From the NCBI GenBank assembly GCA_033720895.1, contig JAWWBS010000001.1:3310-67309 (forward strand): a DNA stretch of 64,000 bases. Reading direction: 5' to 3'. A model generated the notes under the pieces. The model ran no database searches. It was not told the origin of the DNA and saw only the letters and a program-made list of their open reading frames with translations. Source of the stretch: Gammaproteobacteria bacterium. Lineage in GTDB: Bacteria; Pseudomonadota; Gammaproteobacteria; Natronospirales; JAJUFS01. The position numbers and the translations under genes were made by a program. Positions 31,771-44,683 of this stretch are shown here, piece after piece; positions within the stretch are counted from its first letter, which is position 1; each line of letters begins with the position of its first letter.

Positions 31771-34155
31771 TCAAGCCTTGCTGACCGAAACAGGGGTAAA
31801 GCGAGCGCCGAACCCGGCAACACCTTCGAGACCCGAAGCCAGGAATACATTGCCACGCGCCAGGCCATCGTCGATGGCAACCACGGCCTGCGTGCTGTCA
31901 CCGTTGGCACTGAGCACGACCTCGTCACCCGACTGCACCTTGGCAGCCGCGGCGTCTTCGGAATGCATGATCACGGCACGCTGGCGAAGCGTATCGTCGG
32001 TTGCCTGCAAGGATGCCGCACGACGGACCAGCATGTCGGTACCGTACAGCGCCGTTTCGGCAACACGATGCAGGCCCTTGTCCGCCTTGAAGGCCTCGAG
32101 CTTGCGCGAGGAACTCAAGGTGCCGGCCGATTCGATCGACACGAGTGCATCACTGCACTCCTGGGTGACATCGCCCGGCTCCATGTAATCGAAACCATCC
32201 ACTTCCAGCAGGTTGCCCATCACTCGCAAGACCTTCCAGGCCGGACGCGCTTCGCCGAGTGCCTTGGCCGCTCCGCCAAAGTGCTGCCACAGGCCTTCGG
32301 CATTGACGAAGGTTCCGGAGCTCTCGCCCAGGGTGCCGATCGGCAGCAGCACGTCAGCGTATTCCTTCATGCGCTCGCTGATGAAGGACGTCAGCATGAC
32401 CACGGTTTCCGCAGCCTGCACGGCCTTCTCGGCGTGTGCGGCATTCCAGGCATCGAGTTCCGGCTCGACACCATGCAACAGGTAGGCCTTGAGACCCTTG
32501 TCCAGCATCTCGGCGGCATTCAGCCCGGCCCGCTCGGCAGGCTTGCCAGCCGCGTCGCGATGCGGCACGGCCCCGGCCAGCCAGCCACCGACGCTGTTGG
32601 CACCGCCGGACAGCACGCCAGAGGTGGCGCCTGCCATGTCGGCAATAGCCGCTGCCAGCACTTCCAGGTCGGCAAACGCCGGATGACCTTCAGCCAGGTC
32701 ACCCAGGATGATCGTGGTGCGCTCGCCATCGACCAACGAGGCGGCAATCGCTCTCGCCGCATCATTGACTTCGGCCTTGTCGGCAATGCCGGCGATGGAA
32801 GCCGGCAGCTTCTTGCCTGACTTGTCGGCGACGGCCTTTGCCACAGCGGCCAGCTCGTTCACCAGCTCGGCGTAGCCCGCCACGCGCTCGGCATGCACCG
32901 GGAACAGGAATTCGTATTGCCGCGGATTCAGGAAGGACACCTGCGCGCCAGCCATCGCCGCCTTGCGCACGCGGTGCGCCACGATCGGCACGTCCTTGCG
33001 CAGGCTGGAACCGACCACGAACACGCTGTTCATGGCTTCGAGTTCCGAGATGCCACAACCCAGCGACGGGTAGACCGGTGCGTCGGCATCATTGCGGAAA
33101 TCGACCTGGCGGAGGCGATGGTCGATGTTGGCGACGCCCAGCGCATTCGCGAGGCGCTTGAGCAGCCAGAACTCTTCGAGCGTCGACGACGCCGAGGCCA
33201 GCACGCCGAGCTGCTCGGCGCCATGTTCTGCCAGCACGGCCTTCAGTCGCTTGGCAGCCACTTCCAGCGCTTCGTCCCAGTTGGTTTCGACCCACTCGCC
33301 ATCGATCTTCAACATCGGCTTCTGCAGGCGCTGCCCGGCATGAATGCCTTCGTAGCTGAACCGGTCGCGATCGGCGATCCAGGTCTCGTTGATGGATTCG
33401 TTGTCACGTGGCACGACGCGCATGAACTTGCCGCGCAGGGTGTGGCCGAACAGGTTCGAACCCGCACAGTCGTGCGGTGCCACCAGCGCATGCTCGAGCA
33501 TTTCCCAGCTGCGGCCACGCATGCGGAATGGCTTGGAATTCAGTGCACCGACCGGGCAGAGATCGATGACATTGCCCGACAGTTCGTGATCGACGCTCTT
33601 CTCGATGTACGTACCGATCTGCATGTGCTCGCCTCGACCCGTCGCACCCAGCTCCTGGATACCGGCCACTTCCTCGCCGAAGCGAACGCAACGCGTGCAG
33701 TGAATGCAGCGGGTCATGTCGGTGGACACCAGCGGACCGATGTTCTTGTCCGGCACGACGCGCTTGCCCTCGGTGTAACGCGATACATCGGAACCGAAGC
33801 CCATCGCCAGGTCCTGCAGCTCGCATTCACCACCCTGGTCGCAGACCGGGCAGTCCAGCGGGTGGTTGATCAGCAGGAATTCCATGGTCGCCTTTTGCGC
33901 CGACAAGGCACGCGGCGAGTTCGTGAACACCTTCATGCCGTCCATCACCGGCGTGGCACAGGCCGGCATCGGCTTCGGTGCCTTCTCGACTTCCACGAGG
34001 CACATGCGGCAATTGGCCGCGACCGAAAGCTTTTCGTGATAGCAGAAGCGCGGGACGTAAACGCCTTCGGCGTCCGTCACTTCCATGAGCATCTGTCCCT
34101 TGCGGGCTTTCAGCTCCTTGCCGTCGACTTCTATCGTTACCTGATCGTCGCTCAT
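31771..34155 (-). CDS. nuoG: NADH-quinone oxidoreductase subunit G (75-kDa Fe-S subunit)
   Basis: N-terminal 2Fe-2S and 4Fe-4S cysteine clusters (CYHEKLSVAANCRMC, CPVCDQGGEC, CIHCTRCVRF) precede a molybdopterin-like domain. ATG 34155 is preferred over the TTG at 34170 in the ORF track. Confidence 0.93.
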   Translation of the reverse strand: MSDDQVTIEVDGKELKARKGQMLMEVTDAEGVYVPRFCYHEKLSVAANCRMCLVEVEKAPKPMPACATPVMDGMKVFTNSPRALSAQKATMEFLLINHPLDCPVCDQGGECELQDLAMGFGSDVSRYTEGKRVVPDKNIGPLVSTDMTRCIHCTRCVRFGEEVAGIQELGATGRGEHMQIGTYIEKSVDHELSGNVIDLCPVGALNSKPFRMRGRSWEMLEHALVAPHDCAGSNLFGHTLRGKFMRVVPRDNESINETWIADRDRFSYEGIHAGQRLQKPMLKIDGEWVETNWDEALEVAAKRLKAVLAEHGAEQLGVLASASSTLEEFWLLKRLANALGVANIDHRLRQVDFRNDADAPVYPSLGCGISELEAMNSVFVVGSSLRKDVPIVAHRVRKAAMAGAQVSFLNPRQYEFLFPVHAERVAGYAELVNELAAVAKAVADKSGKKLPASIAGIADKAEVNDAARAIAASLVDGERTTIILGDLAEGHPAFADLEVLAAAIADMAGATSGVLSGGANSVGGWLAGAVPHRDAAGKPAERAGLNAAEMLDKGLKAYLLHGVEPELDAWNAAHAEKAVQAAETVVMLTSFISERMKEYADVLLPIGTLGESSGTFVNAEGLWQHFGGAAKALGEARPAWKVLRVMGNLLEVDGFDYMEPGDVTQECSDALVSIESAGTLSSSRKLEAFKADKGLHRVAETALYGTDMLVRRAASLQATDDTLRQRAVIMHSEDAAAAKVQSGDEVVLSANGDSTQAVVAIDDGLARGNVFLASGLEGVAGFGARFTPVSVSKA

Positions 34156-34224
34156 CTGTTTCGGTTCCAAGCTTGGTTCCTGGCGCCGACACCGTGGTGT
34201 CGACCTGAAAAATTCGTTTCCAAA

Positions 34225-35541
<1,317 letters not shown>

Positions 35542-35571
35542 TTCGTGCTTCCCTACTCCGTGCGTGGAGCG

Positions 35572-36069
35572 TCAGTCCAGCTCGTCCAGAATCTCGTCCA
35601 CCTTGTCGGTGGTGAGATTCTCGTAATACTTGTGGTTCACCATCATCATCGGCGCGTTGCGACAGGCGGCGAGGCATTCTTCCTCGCACTTCATGTGCCA
35701 CTTGCCATCTTCCGACGACTGACCGGTCTTGATTCCCAGCTTGTTCTCGATGTGCTCGACGATCTCGTCCGCGCCGCGCAGCATGCAGGAGATGTTGGTG
35801 CAGACGGAGATGCTGTTGCGACCTACCTCCTTCGTTTCGAACATGGAATAGAAGGTCGCAACCTCGTAGACCTTGATCGGCTCGATCTCGAGTTTTGCGG
35901 CGACCGCATCCATGAGTTCGTTGGACAAGTGCCCATGCTCGTGCTGCACGGCATGCAGTGCGGCAAGCACGGCAGATCGCTTCTGCTCGGCCGGGTACTT
36001 GGCCAGCGCGTGATCGATTTCCTCGATGATGTGCGCCGACAGCACGGCGTTGTTTGCTTGCTCAGACAT
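35572..36069 (-). CDS. nuoE: NADH-quinone oxidoreductase subunit E (2Fe-2S)
   Basis: The start ATG at 36069 overlaps the nuoD stop (ATGA). [26 protein letters not shown]...CTNISCMLRG...CLAACRNAPMM, 165 aa. The longer ORF-track version (to 36429) runs into nuoD. Confidence 0.93.
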   Translation of the reverse strand: MSEQANNAVLSAHIIEEIDHALAKYPAEQKRSAVLAALHAVQHEHGHLSNELMDAVAAKLEIEPIKVYEVATFYSMFETKEVGRNSISVCTNISCMLRGADEIVEHIENKLGIKTGQSSEDGKWHMKCEEECLAACRNAPMMMVNHKYYENLTTDKVDEILDELD

Positions 36070-37322
36070 CAGCGGTCGATCTCCCCGAATACGATGTCCT
36101 GCGTGCCGATGATCGACACCAGGTCGGCCAGCATGTGGCCCTTGCACATTTCGTCGATGGACGCGAGGTGCGCAAAGCCCGGCGCACGGACCTTCATGCG
36201 GTACGGCTTGTTGGAGCCATCGGACACCAGGTACACACCCAGCTCGCCCTTCGGATGCTCCACCGCGGCATAGACCTCGCCTTCCGGCGGGCAATAACCC
36301 TCGGTGTAGAGCTTGAAGTGATGAATCAGCGATTCCATGTCGCCCTTCGCTTCCTCGCGACGCGGCGGCGAAATCTTGTGGTCGTCGATCTTGATCGGAC
36401 CCGGGTTGTCGCGCAGCCACTTGACGCACTGCTTGACGATATTTGCAGACTGGCGCATCTCCTCGATACGCACCAGGTAACGGTCATAGCAGTCGCCATT
36501 CACGCCGACCGGAATGTCGAAGTCGAGTTCGTTGTAGACCGAGTACGGCTGTTTCTTGCGCAGGTCCCACGCAAATCCGGAACCGCGCAGCATCGGACCG
36601 CTGAAGCCGAGATTCAGGGCTCGCTCCGGCGAGACGACACCGATACCGACGGTGCGCTGCTTCCAGATGCGATTGTCGGTCAGCAGTGTTTCGTACTCGT
36701 CGACCAGGCCCGGGAAGCGATTCGCGAAGTCATCGATGAAGTCGAGCAGCGACCCCGAGCGCGCGTCGTTCAGCTTTTCCAGTTCCTTCTTGCTGCGGAA
36801 CTTGGAGGCCTGGTACTGCGGCATCTTTTCAGGCAGGTCGCGGTGCACGCCGCCCGGACGGTAGTAGGTTGCATGCATGCGCGCGCCGGACACGGCTTCG
36901 TACATGTCCATGATGTCTTCGCGCTCACGGAAGCAATACAGGAAGATGGTCATGGCGCCGATGTCGAGACCGTGCGCACCCAGCCACATCAGGTGATTGG
37001 TGATGCGGGTCAGCTCGTCGAACATGGCGCGGATGTACTGCGCACGCTTCGGCGGCTGGACACCCAGCAGCTTCTCGATCGCCATGACGTAAGCATGCTC
37101 GTTGACCATCATCGACACGTAGTCGAGACGATCCATGTAGCCGATCGACTGGTTGTACGGCTTCGACTCGGCCAGCTTCTCGGTCGCGCGATGCAACAGG
37201 CCGATGTGCGGATCAAGACCGCGAATCACCTCGCCTTCCATCTCCATCACCAGGCGCAGCACGCCATGTGCTGCCGGATGCTGCGGACCGAAGTTCATGG
37301 TGTATGACTGGATCTCACGCAT
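36069..37322 (-). CDS. nuoD: NADH-quinone oxidoreductase subunit D (separate from NuoC)
   Basis: 417 aa. [15 protein letters not shown] motif. The stop overlaps the nuoE start. Confidence 0.96.
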   Translation of the reverse strand: MREIQSYTMNFGPQHPAAHGVLRLVMEMEGEVIRGLDPHIGLLHRATEKLAESKPYNQSIGYMDRLDYVSMMVNEHAYVMAIEKLLGVQPPKRAQYIRAMFDELTRITNHLMWLGAHGLDIGAMTIFLYCFREREDIMDMYEAVSGARMHATYYRPGGVHRDLPEKMPQYQASKFRSKKELEKLNDARSGSLLDFIDDFANRFPGLVDEYETLLTDNRIWKQRTVGIGVVSPERALNLGFSGPMLRGSGFAWDLRKKQPYSVYNELDFDIPVGVNGDCYDRYLVRIEEMRQSANIVKQCVKWLRDNPGPIKIDDHKISPPRREEAKGDMESLIHHFKLYTEGYCPPEGEVYAAVEHPKGELGVYLVSDGSNKPYRMKVRAPGFAHLASIDEMCKGHMLADLVSIIGTQDIVFGEIDR

Positions 37323-38046
37323 CGCCGGCGTTCTCCTTCGACTGGTCCTTCACTTTCGCGTTGTCCTGGGCCTTCAGCATGTCCGCGTAGCGGTGATCCT
37401 TGCGGATGACTTTAGGCACCAGGGTGCGCGGCTCGATGGACACCGGCTGGTAGACCACGCGGCCCTTCTCGGGGTCGAAGCGAACCTCGACGTGGCCGCT
37501 GAGCGGAAAGTCCTTGCGGAAGGGATGGCCGACAAAGCCGTAGTCGGTCAGGATGCGGCGCATGTCCGGGTGGCCGTCGAACAGGATCCCGTAAAGGTCG
37601 AAGGCCTCGCGCTCGAACCAGTTGGCCGAATTCCAGATCGAGTTCACCGACGGCACGATCGGCGGCTCGGCCGCATCGCAGAAAACCTTCAGCCGCAGGC
37701 GATGGTTGTTGGCATTCGACTGCAGGTGATAAACGACAGCGAAACGGCGGTCGTAATTCGGTTCGGCGTCACGCAGGGTGCGATGCACGCCGCGACTGAA
37801 ACCAGTATCGGTCGCATCATTGGTACGCCACTCGCCCTGGCCGTAACTCAGGTAATCGACGGCGCAGACGTCCATGCACTGCTCGAAGCCGAAGTCGGCT
37901 TCGTCGTGCAACGCCTGGCAGACCTCGAGCAGGTCCCTGGCCGCGACTTCGTAACTCAGTTCGCCTGGATGTGACTCGACTCGGGTCAGCTGCTTTTCGA
38001 AGCGCTCGTCAACCCGGGCTGCAAGCCGTTTCAGTTTCTCCGACAT
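37315..38046 (-). CDS. nuoC: NADH-quinone oxidoreductase subunit C
   Basis: 243 aa, 30-kDa subunit signature ([21 protein letters not shown]). It overlaps the nuoD start by 8 nt. Confidence 0.94.
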   Translation of the reverse strand: MSEKLKRLAARVDERFEKQLTRVESHPGELSYEVAARDLLEVCQALHDEADFGFEQCMDVCAVDYLSYGQGEWRTNDATDTGFSRGVHRTLRDAEPNYDRRFAVVYHLQSNANNHRLRLKVFCDAAEPPIVPSVNSIWNSANWFEREAFDLYGILFDGHPDMRRILTDYGFVGHPFRKDFPLSGHVEVRFDPEKGRVVYQPVSIEPRTLVPKVIRKDHRYADMLKAQDNAKVKDQSKENAGDA

Positions 38047-38065
38047 TGCCGGCTCCTGCTGGCGC

Positions 38066-38542
38066 TCAGCGCGCGATGGTGTTGGTTCTGCGAATTTTTT
38101 TCTGCAACTGGATGATGCCGTACATCAGCTGCTCCGCCGTCGGCGGGCAACCGGGCACGTAGACATCGACCGGTACGACGCGATCACAACCGCGCACGAC
38201 CGCGTAGGAATAGTGGTAGTAGCCGCCGCCGTTGGCGCAGGAGCCCATGGAGATGACCCAGCGTGGCGCCGGCATCTGGTCGTAGACCTTGCGCAGCGCG
38301 GGAGCCATCTTGTTCACCAGCGTACCGGCGACAATCATGACGTCCGACTGGCGCGGACTCGGGCGGAAGATCACGCCGAAACGGTCAAGGTCGTAACGGG
38401 AAGCACCGGCATGCATCATCTCGACCGCACAGCAGGCCAGGCCGAAGGTCATCGGCCACATCGAGCCGGTGCGTGCCCAGTTGATGAGGTTGTCGACGCC
38501 GGTGACGACGAAACCCTTGTTGGCAGCGCCTTCTACTCCCAT
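38066..38542 (-). CDS. nuoB: NADH-quinone oxidoreductase subunit B
   Basis: [50 protein letters not shown] 38542 is preferred over the upstream ATG 38563. Confidence 0.94.
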   Translation of the reverse strand: MGVEGAANKGFVVTGVDNLINWARTGSMWPMTFGLACCAVEMMHAGASRYDLDRFGVIFRPSPRQSDVMIVAGTLVNKMAPALRKVYDQMPAPRWVISMGSCANGGGYYHYSYAVVRGCDRVVPVDVYVPGCPPTAEQLMYGIIQLQKKIRRTNTIAR

Positions 38543-38901
38543 TCGAGAGCTCCTTTCTTCCATTCGTAGATGAAACCGATCACGAGAATGCCGAGGAACA
38601 GCGCCATGGCCCAGAAACCGAAATGGCCGATGTCACCCAGGGCGACCGCCCAGGGGAACAGGAATGCGATTTCGAGATCGAAAATGATGAACAGGATGGC
38701 GACCAGGTAGTAGCGCACATCGAACTTCATGCGAGCGTCTTCGAAGGCCTCGAAGCCGCACTCGTAGGGGGAGAGCTTCTCGGCATCCCACTTGCCCTTG
38801 GAGGCCCAGCGACCGATGGTCAGGCCGACCAGGATCAGGACAATGCCCAGTCCGGACGCGATACCGAGGAAAACGAGAATCGGAACGTATTCTTGCAGCA
38901 T
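38533..38901 (-). CDS. nuoA: NADH-quinone oxidoreductase subunit A
   Basis: Start at ATG 38901. [19 protein letters not shown]...[32 protein letters not shown], 122 aa. Confidence 0.92.
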   Translation of the reverse strand: MLQEYVPILVFLGIASGLGIVLILVGLTIGRWASKGKWDAEKLSPYECGFEAFEDARMKFDVRYYLVAILFIIFDLEIAFLFPWAVALGDIGHFGFWAMALFLGILVIGFIYEWKKGALEWE

Positions 38902-38940
38902 TACGGACGCACCCGTGGCCTGCCGAAAGACCGGCATTTT

Positions 38941-38973
38941 AACAGTAATAAGGGGGCCATTTACATGTCCCCC
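38941..38973 (-). terminator. Rho-independent terminator after tRNA-Leu (secG-leuU transcript end)
   Basis: Minus strand: ggggg(a)catg-taaa-tgg(c)cccc hairpin (one mismatch) followed by ttattactgtt. Confidence 0.5.
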
Positions 38974-39043
38974 AGGCGTCTGGGCCGTAGCAGGGGTCCC
39001 TGCCGGGATCGCCTGTGGCCCGCTCGATCATCAACTCAAAAAC

Positions 39044-39128
39044 TGGTGCGGATGGCGAGACTCGAACTCGCACGGCTTGCGCCACAGCCCCCTCAAGACT
39101 GCGTGTCTACCAGTTCCACCACATCCGC
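39044..39128 (-). tRNA. leuU: tRNA-Leu (GAG), CCA-encoded, long variable arm
   Basis: 85 nt: GCGGATGTGGTGGAACTGGTAGACACGCAGTCTTGAGGGGGCTGTGGCGCAAGCCGTGCGAGTTCGAGTCTCGCCATCCGCACCA. The anticodon loop is TT-GAG-GG. It lies immediately downstream of secG, as in E. coli secG-leuU. Confidence 0.93.
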
Positions 39129-39164
39129 ATGTCGGGTTGCCACCGCCCGGCGGTGGCGAAATCC

Positions 39165-39554
39165 TTACTCGTCGCCGTCCTCGGCGGACGCATTGTCTTC
39201 AGCCGCGCCTGCCGTCTCGGTGGCAGCTGGCACGTCGGACTCGTCCGCCGGGATCATTGCCGGCTCGCCGGCCTGCTCGACACCCTCGGCCGCCATCACG
39301 CTTGGTGCGCCAGCCGTCAGGTCCTGCGACAGGTAGGCCAGGCCACCGCTGGTGGCAAAAAAGGCAATCGCCAGCCACTTGGTGGCACGACTCAGGAAGT
39401 TGGCCGAACCGGCGGCACCGAACACGGTGCTGGATGCGCCACTGCCGAAGGCCGCGCCAGCGTCAGCGCCCTTGCCATGCTGCACGAGGATCAGGAGAAC
39501 CAGCGCAAAAGCGAGGATCACGTGAACGAGGAGTACGAGGTTGATGGTGGTCAT
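39165..39554 (-). CDS. secG: Preprotein translocase subunit SecG
   Basis: 129 aa. MTTINLVLLVHVILAFALVLLILVQHGKGADAGAAFGSGASSTVFG. It has an acidic C-terminal tail. Confidence 0.93.
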   Translation of the reverse strand: MTTINLVLLVHVILAFALVLLILVQHGKGADAGAAFGSGASSTVFGAAGSANFLSRATKWLAIAFFATSGGLAYLSQDLTAGAPSVMAAEGVEQAGEPAMIPADESDVPAATETAGAAEDNASAEDGDE

Positions 39555-39613
39555 TTCAGCTTCTCTGGAAAATCTTCCGATTCAATACGTTGTTGTCGAG
39601 TACCGCGCCCTGC

Positions 39614-40366
39614 TCAGCCAGCAGCCTGCGCGATGCTCAGGAACTGTTCCGCCTCAAGCGAAGCGCCGCCTATCAGTCCGCCATCGATATCCGGCATGGC
39701 AAACAGTTCGGCGGCGTTGGAGGCCTTGACGCTGCCACCGTAAAGGATGCGCAGCGAGCCCGCGATTGTAGCATCTTCCGAGGCGATGATGTCGCGAATA
39801 TTCTTGTGCACGGCCTGCGCTTCTTCCGGCGAAGCCGTCTTGCCGGTACCAATGGCCCAGACCGGTTCGTAGGCAATCACGGCATTGGCAAATGCACTGA
39901 CACCCGCGGCATCCAGCACCGCGGCAATCTGCTCGGCAATGACCGTGTCGGTGTCGCCGGATTCCCGCTGCTCGAGGGTCTCGCCGACACAGACAATCGG
40001 CTTCAGGCCGGCCTTCAGGGCCGCCATGAACTTGCGGGCCACCAGGGCGTTGTCCTCGCCATACACGCTGCGGCGCTCGCTGTGGCCGACGATGACGTAT
40101 TCACAGTCGAAATCCAGCAGCATTTCGGCCGCGACCTCGCCGGTGAAGGCGCCCTTCTCCTCGGCGCAAACGCTCTGGCTGCCGAGTTTCATGCCGGTGC
40201 CACGGACGGCACGCTGGGCATCGGCCAGGTAGACGAACGGCGGACACACCAGGACCTCGGCTGCCGACCCGTCTTCCAGGCCACGCGCAAGGGATTCCAG
40301 CAGTTCCGCGGTCATTTCGCGGCTGCCATTCATCTTCCAGTTACCGGCTACCAGTGGCTGACGCAT
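39614..40366 (-). CDS. tpiA: Triosephosphate isomerase
   Basis: 250 aa. AGNWKMNG, VIVGHSERR and AYEPVWAIGTG motifs. Confidence 0.97.
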   Translation of the reverse strand: MRQPLVAGNWKMNGSREMTAELLESLARGLEDGSAAEVLVCPPFVYLADAQRAVRGTGMKLGSQSVCAEEKGAFTGEVAAEMLLDFDCEYVIVGHSERRSVYGEDNALVARKFMAALKAGLKPIVCVGETLEQRESGDTDTVIAEQIAAVLDAAGVSAFANAVIAYEPVWAIGTGKTASPEEAQAVHKNIRDIIASEDATIAGSLRILYGGSVKASNAAELFAMPDIDGGLIGGASLEAEQFLSIAQAAG

Positions 40367-40451
40367 GGGCTACCCCTGCTTGTGTAAGGCTTGGAAATCG
40401 AAGCGCGGAAGGTTAACGACAGGACCCGCGAAAATCAACGAATATCAGGCT

Positions 40452-41810
40452 TCAGTCGGGATTATTTGCGGCATTTTCAACCACTTGGGCCAGCTCCTTG
40501 GCCAACTGCCCGACCAGCGCGGGATCCGCGCCCTCGACCATCACCCGAATGACCGGTTCGGTACCGCTCGGGCGCAGCAGCACCCGCCCATCAGCGGCCA
40601 GCCTTCCCTCGGCCGCCGACACGGCGGCGACAATCTCCGGGTGGTCCATCGCCGGGCGTTCCTCGACCCGAACATTGACCAGTGTCTGGGGGAACTTCTG
40701 CACCGGCCCGAGAAACCCGGCCAGGCTCTTGCCGGAAGCCTTGAGCGCCTCCAGCACCTGCAACGCCGCAATCAGCCCGTCGCCCGTGCTGTGCTTGTCC
40801 AGGCAGAGGATATGGCCGGAGCCCTCGCCTCCGACTTCGCCGTGGTGCTTGTCCAGCAATTCCATGACATAGCGGTCGCCGACCTTGGCACGGTGGAATT
40901 CGATTCCCTCGGCCTTGAGTGCCTGCTCGATGGCCAGGTTGGTCATCAAGGTGCCGATCACCGGCCCCTTCAAGGTTCCCGCCTGGTGGCGGTGCGAGGC
41001 AATGGCATACACCAGCTCGTCGCCATCATAAATACGGCCATCCGCGTCCACCATCAGCACCCGGTCGCCATCGCCATCCAGCGCAATGCCGAGGTCCGCG
41101 CCCTCCCGCTTGACGCAGTCGACCAGCGCCTCCGGGTGGGTAGAACCCACGTCGCGGTTGATGTTCATGCCATCGGGCTCGCAGCCCACGGTGACGACCT
41201 CGGCATCCAGTGCCCTGAGCAGCTTTGGTCCCGCCTGGTAGCCCGCGCCATTGGCGCCATCGAACGCAATTTTCATGCCGGCCAGGCGCAATTCCCGGGG
41301 CACGGATTGGCGGCAGAACTCGATGTAGCGATCGGTCGCGTCGTTCATGCGGGCGGCCTTGCCCAGCTGCTCCGAATCGACCGTCTCGAAGGTCTCGCCG
41401 AGCCGCGCTTCGATCGCCAGCTCCACCGCGTCCGACAGCTTGCGACCGTCGGGACCGAAGAACTTGATGCCGTTATCGTGGAAGGGGTTGTGGGACGCGG
41501 AAATCACGATGCCGGCGTCGGCCTGCTCTTCCTGCACCAGCGCCGCGACCGCGGGCGTCGGAATGGGCCCGAGCAGGACCACATCCACACCGGCAGAGGA
41601 CAGGCCGGCTTCCAGGGCGGATTCGAACAGGTAACCGGACACGCGCGTGTCCTTGCCGATCAACACCTTGCGATGCCTGCCGGTCTCGGGGGCTTCGGCA
41701 GCCAGCACGCGGCCCGCCGCCCAGCCCAGGCGCAGCACGAAATCGGCCGACATCGGCGAGACGCCGACGCGTCCGCGAATACCGTCCGTGCCGAAGTATT
41801 TCCTGCTCAC
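40452..41810 (-). CDS. glmM: Phosphoglucosamine mutase
   Basis: 452 aa. YFGTDGIRG, the active-site SASHNP motif and the DGDGDR metal site. Confidence 0.97.
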   Translation of the reverse strand: MSRKYFGTDGIRGRVGVSPMSADFVLRLGWAAGRVLAAEAPETGRHRKVLIGKDTRVSGYLFESALEAGLSSAGVDVVLLGPIPTPAVAALVQEEQADAGIVISASHNPFHDNGIKFFGPDGRKLSDAVELAIEARLGETFETVDSEQLGKAARMNDATDRYIEFCRQSVPRELRLAGMKIAFDGANGAGYQAGPKLLRALDAEVVTVGCEPDGMNINRDVGSTHPEALVDCVKREGADLGIALDGDGDRVLMVDADGRIYDGDELVYAIASHRHQAGTLKGPVIGTLMTNLAIEQALKAEGIEFHRAKVGDRYVMELLDKHHGEVGGEGSGHILCLDKHSTGDGLIAALQVLEALKASGKSLAGFLGPVQKFPQTLVNVRVEERPAMDHPEIVAAVSAAEGRLAADGRVLLRPSGTEPVIRVMVEGADPALVGQLAKELAQVVENAANNPD

Positions 41811-42635
41811 CTACACGCCCTCCACGTTCGACTGCTGCGCCAGCACGGCCCCGGCAATGCGCAGGGCGTCGCGGGTAGCGCGCACATCATGTACCCGCAG
41901 GATACTCGCCCCATGCATGGCTGCAATGGTTGCCAGCGCAATGCTGCCATACAGGCGGTCATCCACCGGTGTGTCCAGCAGGGCACCCACCATCGACTTT
42001 CTCGACATGCCTGCCAGCACGGGGTAACCGGCCGCCGCAAGTTCACCCAGCCCTGCCAGCAATGCCAGGTTGTGCTGCAAGGTCTTGCCGAAGCCGAAAC
42101 CGGGATCGATGATGATTCTCTCGCGCGGCAGGCCGGCCGCCTCGAGTTCGCTGGCTCGAGCCAGCAGGAAATCGCGCACTTCCGCCACCACGTCGTCGTA
42201 CTGCGGTTGCAGTTGCATGGTCCGGGGCTCGCCCTTCATGTGCATGATGCAGACATCCAGCCCCAGTTCGGCGGCCGTTGCCACGGCGCCCTCGGCCCGG
42301 AAAGCATTGACGTCATTCAACAGCGAAGCACCTGCCCCGGCTGCCGCCCGCATGACCTCCGGCTTGGCAGTATCAATGGAAATCGGCACGCGAATCCGTC
42401 CGGCCAGCGCTTCGATGACCGGCAGCACGCGGCGCAGTTCTTCCTCGACCGGCACCGGATCGGCACCAGGGCGCGTCGACTCGCCACCGATGTCGATGAT
42501 GTCGGCACCCTCGTCGATCATCCGTTCGGCCTGGGCGAGCGCCGCATCGGCAGCGAGGAACTTCCCGCCATCGGAAAAGCTGTCCGGTGTGACATTCAGC
42601 ACACCCATGATCTGCGGTCGAGTTTCTTCCAGCAC
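41811..42635 (-). CDS. folP: Dihydropteroate synthase
   Basis: 274 aa with a GTG start. MGVLNVTPDSFSDGG and DIGGESTRPG motifs. Confidence 0.96.
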   Translation of the reverse strand: MLEETRPQIMGVLNVTPDSFSDGGKFLAADAALAQAERMIDEGADIIDIGGESTRPGADPVPVEEELRRVLPVIEALAGRIRVPISIDTAKPEVMRAAAGAGASLLNDVNAFRAEGAVATAAELGLDVCIMHMKGEPRTMQLQPQYDDVVAEVRDFLLARASELEAAGLPRERIIIDPGFGFGKTLQHNLALLAGLGELAAAGYPVLAGMSRKSMVGALLDTPVDDRLYGSIALATIAAMHGASILRVHDVRATRDALRIAGAVLAQQSNVEGV

Positions 42636-42698
42636 GAGAATCCCTGTTCCGGTTGCTGCCTGAGAACGGGCGGTATTATGCCTGAAACGCCTGCCTGA

Positions 42699-42728
42699 AA
42701 CGAAAGCGCCCGGCGTATGCCGGGCGCG
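42699..42728 (-). terminator. Hairpin terminator/attenuator between ftsH and folP
   Basis: Minus strand: gcgcccggc-atac-gccgggcgc followed by tttcgttt. Confidence 0.5.
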
Positions 42729-42757
42729 TCGTGATTGCAGGTCAGTTCAGAGAGCGG

Positions 42758-44683
42758 TCAATGTGACTCGGCGGGATCCCCGGCAGCATCATCCTTGCCA
42801 CCGGCCTCGTCACCTGCCGTGGCGCCACCGCTCGGCGGCGTGTTGCTCCAGTCAGCGGGCGGTCGCGGCTCCTTGCCTTCCATGATGTCCTTGATCTGGT
42901 GCGTATCGATGGTCTCGTACTTGATCAGGGCCTGGGCCATGGTTTCAAGCTTGTCGGCCTTGTCCTTGAGAATCTGTTCCGCACGCTGGTAGTTCTTGTC
43001 GATGATGGCGCGGATTTCCTCGTCGATGTCACGCTGGGTATAACCCGACACGCTCGAACCCTTCGACGCCATCGAGTGGCCAAGAAACACCTCGCCCTCG
43101 TCTTCCTCGTAGGTCAGCGGACCCATCTTTTCCGACAGGCCCCACTTCACCACCATGTTCTTGGCAATGGCCGTGGCCCGCTCGATATCGTTCGAGGCAC
43201 CGGTTGTTACCGCGTCCTTGCCGAAGATCTGTTCCTCGGCAATGCGCCCGCCGAACAGCGAGCAGATGCTGCTTTCCAGGCGACGCTTGGAATAGCTGTA
43301 GCGGTCCTCTTCGGGCAGGAACATGGTCACACCCAGCGCACGACCGCGAGGAATGATGGTGACCTTGTAGACCGGATCGTGATCCGGCACCGACAGGCCG
43401 ACAATGGCGTGGCCGGCCTCGTGGTAGGCCGTCAGCTTCTTCTCGTCATCGGACATCACCATGGAGCGACGTTCCGAGCCCATCATGATCTTGTCCTTGG
43501 CCTTCTCCAGCTCTTCCATGCTGACCGCCTTGCGGTTGGCACGGGCGGCAAACAATGCGGCCTCGTTCACCAGGTTGGCGAGATCCGCGCCGGAGAAACC
43601 CGGGGTGCCGCGGGCAATGATCGAGGGGCTGATCCCCTCGGCCGTCGGCACCTTGCGCAGGTGCACTTTCAGGATCTGCTCGCGACCGCGCACATCCGGC
43701 AGCGGCACCACGACCTGGCGGTCGAAGCGACCGGGGCGCAGCAGCGCAGGATCGAGCACGTCGGGGCGGTTGGTTGCCGCGATGATGATCACGCCTTCGT
43801 TGCCTTCGAAACCGTCCATCTCGACCAGCAACTGGTTCAAGGTCTGCTCGCGTTCGTCATGGCCACCGCCAAGACCGGCGCCACGATGACGACCGACCGC
43901 ATCGATCTCGTCGATGAAGATGATGCACGGCGCATGCTTCTTGGCCTGCTCGAACATGTCGCGCACGCGGGACGCACCCACGCCAACGAACATCTCGACA
44001 AAGTCGGAACCGGAGATGGTGAAGAACGGCACCTTGGCCTCGCCCGCAATGGCGCGCGCCAGCAAGGTCTTGCCGGTACCCGGGCTGCCGACCATCAGCA
44101 CGCCACGCGGAATCTTGCCGCCGAGGCGCTGGAACTTGCCGGGATCACGCAGGAACTCGACCAGCTCGACCACTTCTTCCTTGGCCTCTTCCACGCCGGC
44201 CACATCGTTGAAGGTGACCCGGACCTGGTCTTCGCCCATCAGGCGGGCCCGCGACTTGCCGAAGGACATGGCGCCCTTGCCGCCGCCGCCGCCCTGCATC
44301 TGGCGCATGAAATACAGCCAGACAGCGATGAACAGCAGGATGGGACCGAAGTTGAAGAAGATCGATGCCAGGGTGTTCGGCTCGGGCTCCTTGGCCGTGA
44401 TCTGCACGCCGGAATCTCGCAGCTCGCCGATCAGCACCGTGTTGTCGGTCTCGGGGCTGTAGGTCGTGAAGGCATCGCCGTTGTTGTAGCTGCCCGAGAT
44501 CTTGCGGCCCATGGGACCCTCGAAGCGCACGTCGGCGACGTTGCCGCGCTCGACCTGGCTCATGAATTCGGAGTAGCTGAGGTTCTCGGGTGCATTCTGG
44601 CTGGTACCCAGCTGGTTGAAGACCAGCATCAGCGCCACCAGGATGGCGGCCCAGAGAATCATTGTGCGTGCAGTATCGTTCAA
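42758..44683 (-). CDS. ftsH: ATP-dependent zinc metalloprotease FtsH
   Basis: 641 aa with 2 N-terminal TM helices, an AAA+ domain (GPPGTGKT-like [13 protein letters not shown]) and HEAGH zinc site. Confidence 0.98.
   Translation of the reverse strand: MNDTARTMILWAAILVALMLVFNQLGTSQNAPENLSYSEFMSQVERGNVADVRFEGPMGRKISGSYNNGDAFTTYSPETDNTVLIGELRDSGVQITAKEPEPNTLASIFFNFGPILLFIAVWLYFMRQMQGGGGGKGAMSFGKSRARLMGEDQVRVTFNDVAGVEEAKEEVVELVEFLRDPGKFQRLGGKIPRGVLMVGSPGTGKTLLARAIAGEAKVPFFTISGSDFVEMFVGVGASRVRDMFEQAKKHAPCIIFIDEIDAVGRHRGAGLGGGHDEREQTLNQLLVEMDGFEGNEGVIIIAATNRPDVLDPALLRPGRFDRQVVVPLPDVRGREQILKVHLRKVPTAEGISPSIIARGTPGFSGADLANLVNEAALFAARANRKAVSMEELEKAKDKIMMGSERRSMVMSDDEKKLTAYHEAGHAIVGLSVPDHDPVYKVTIIPRGRALGVTMFLPEEDRYSYSKRRLESSICSLFGGRIAEEQIFGKDAVTTGASNDIERATAIAKNMVVKWGLSEKMGPLTYEEDEGEVFLGHSMASKGSSVSGYTQRDIDEEIRAIIDKNYQRAEQILKDKADKLETMAQALIKYETIDTHQIKDIMEGKEPRPPADWSNTPPSGGATAGDEAGGKDDAAGDPAESH

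Noticed and set aside
42681-42703. Direct repeat cctgaaacg-cctg-cctgaaacg next to the ftsH terminator.
   Set aside because: It is short, has only two copies, and I could not build a promoter or operator logic around it. It is mentioned only for completeness.
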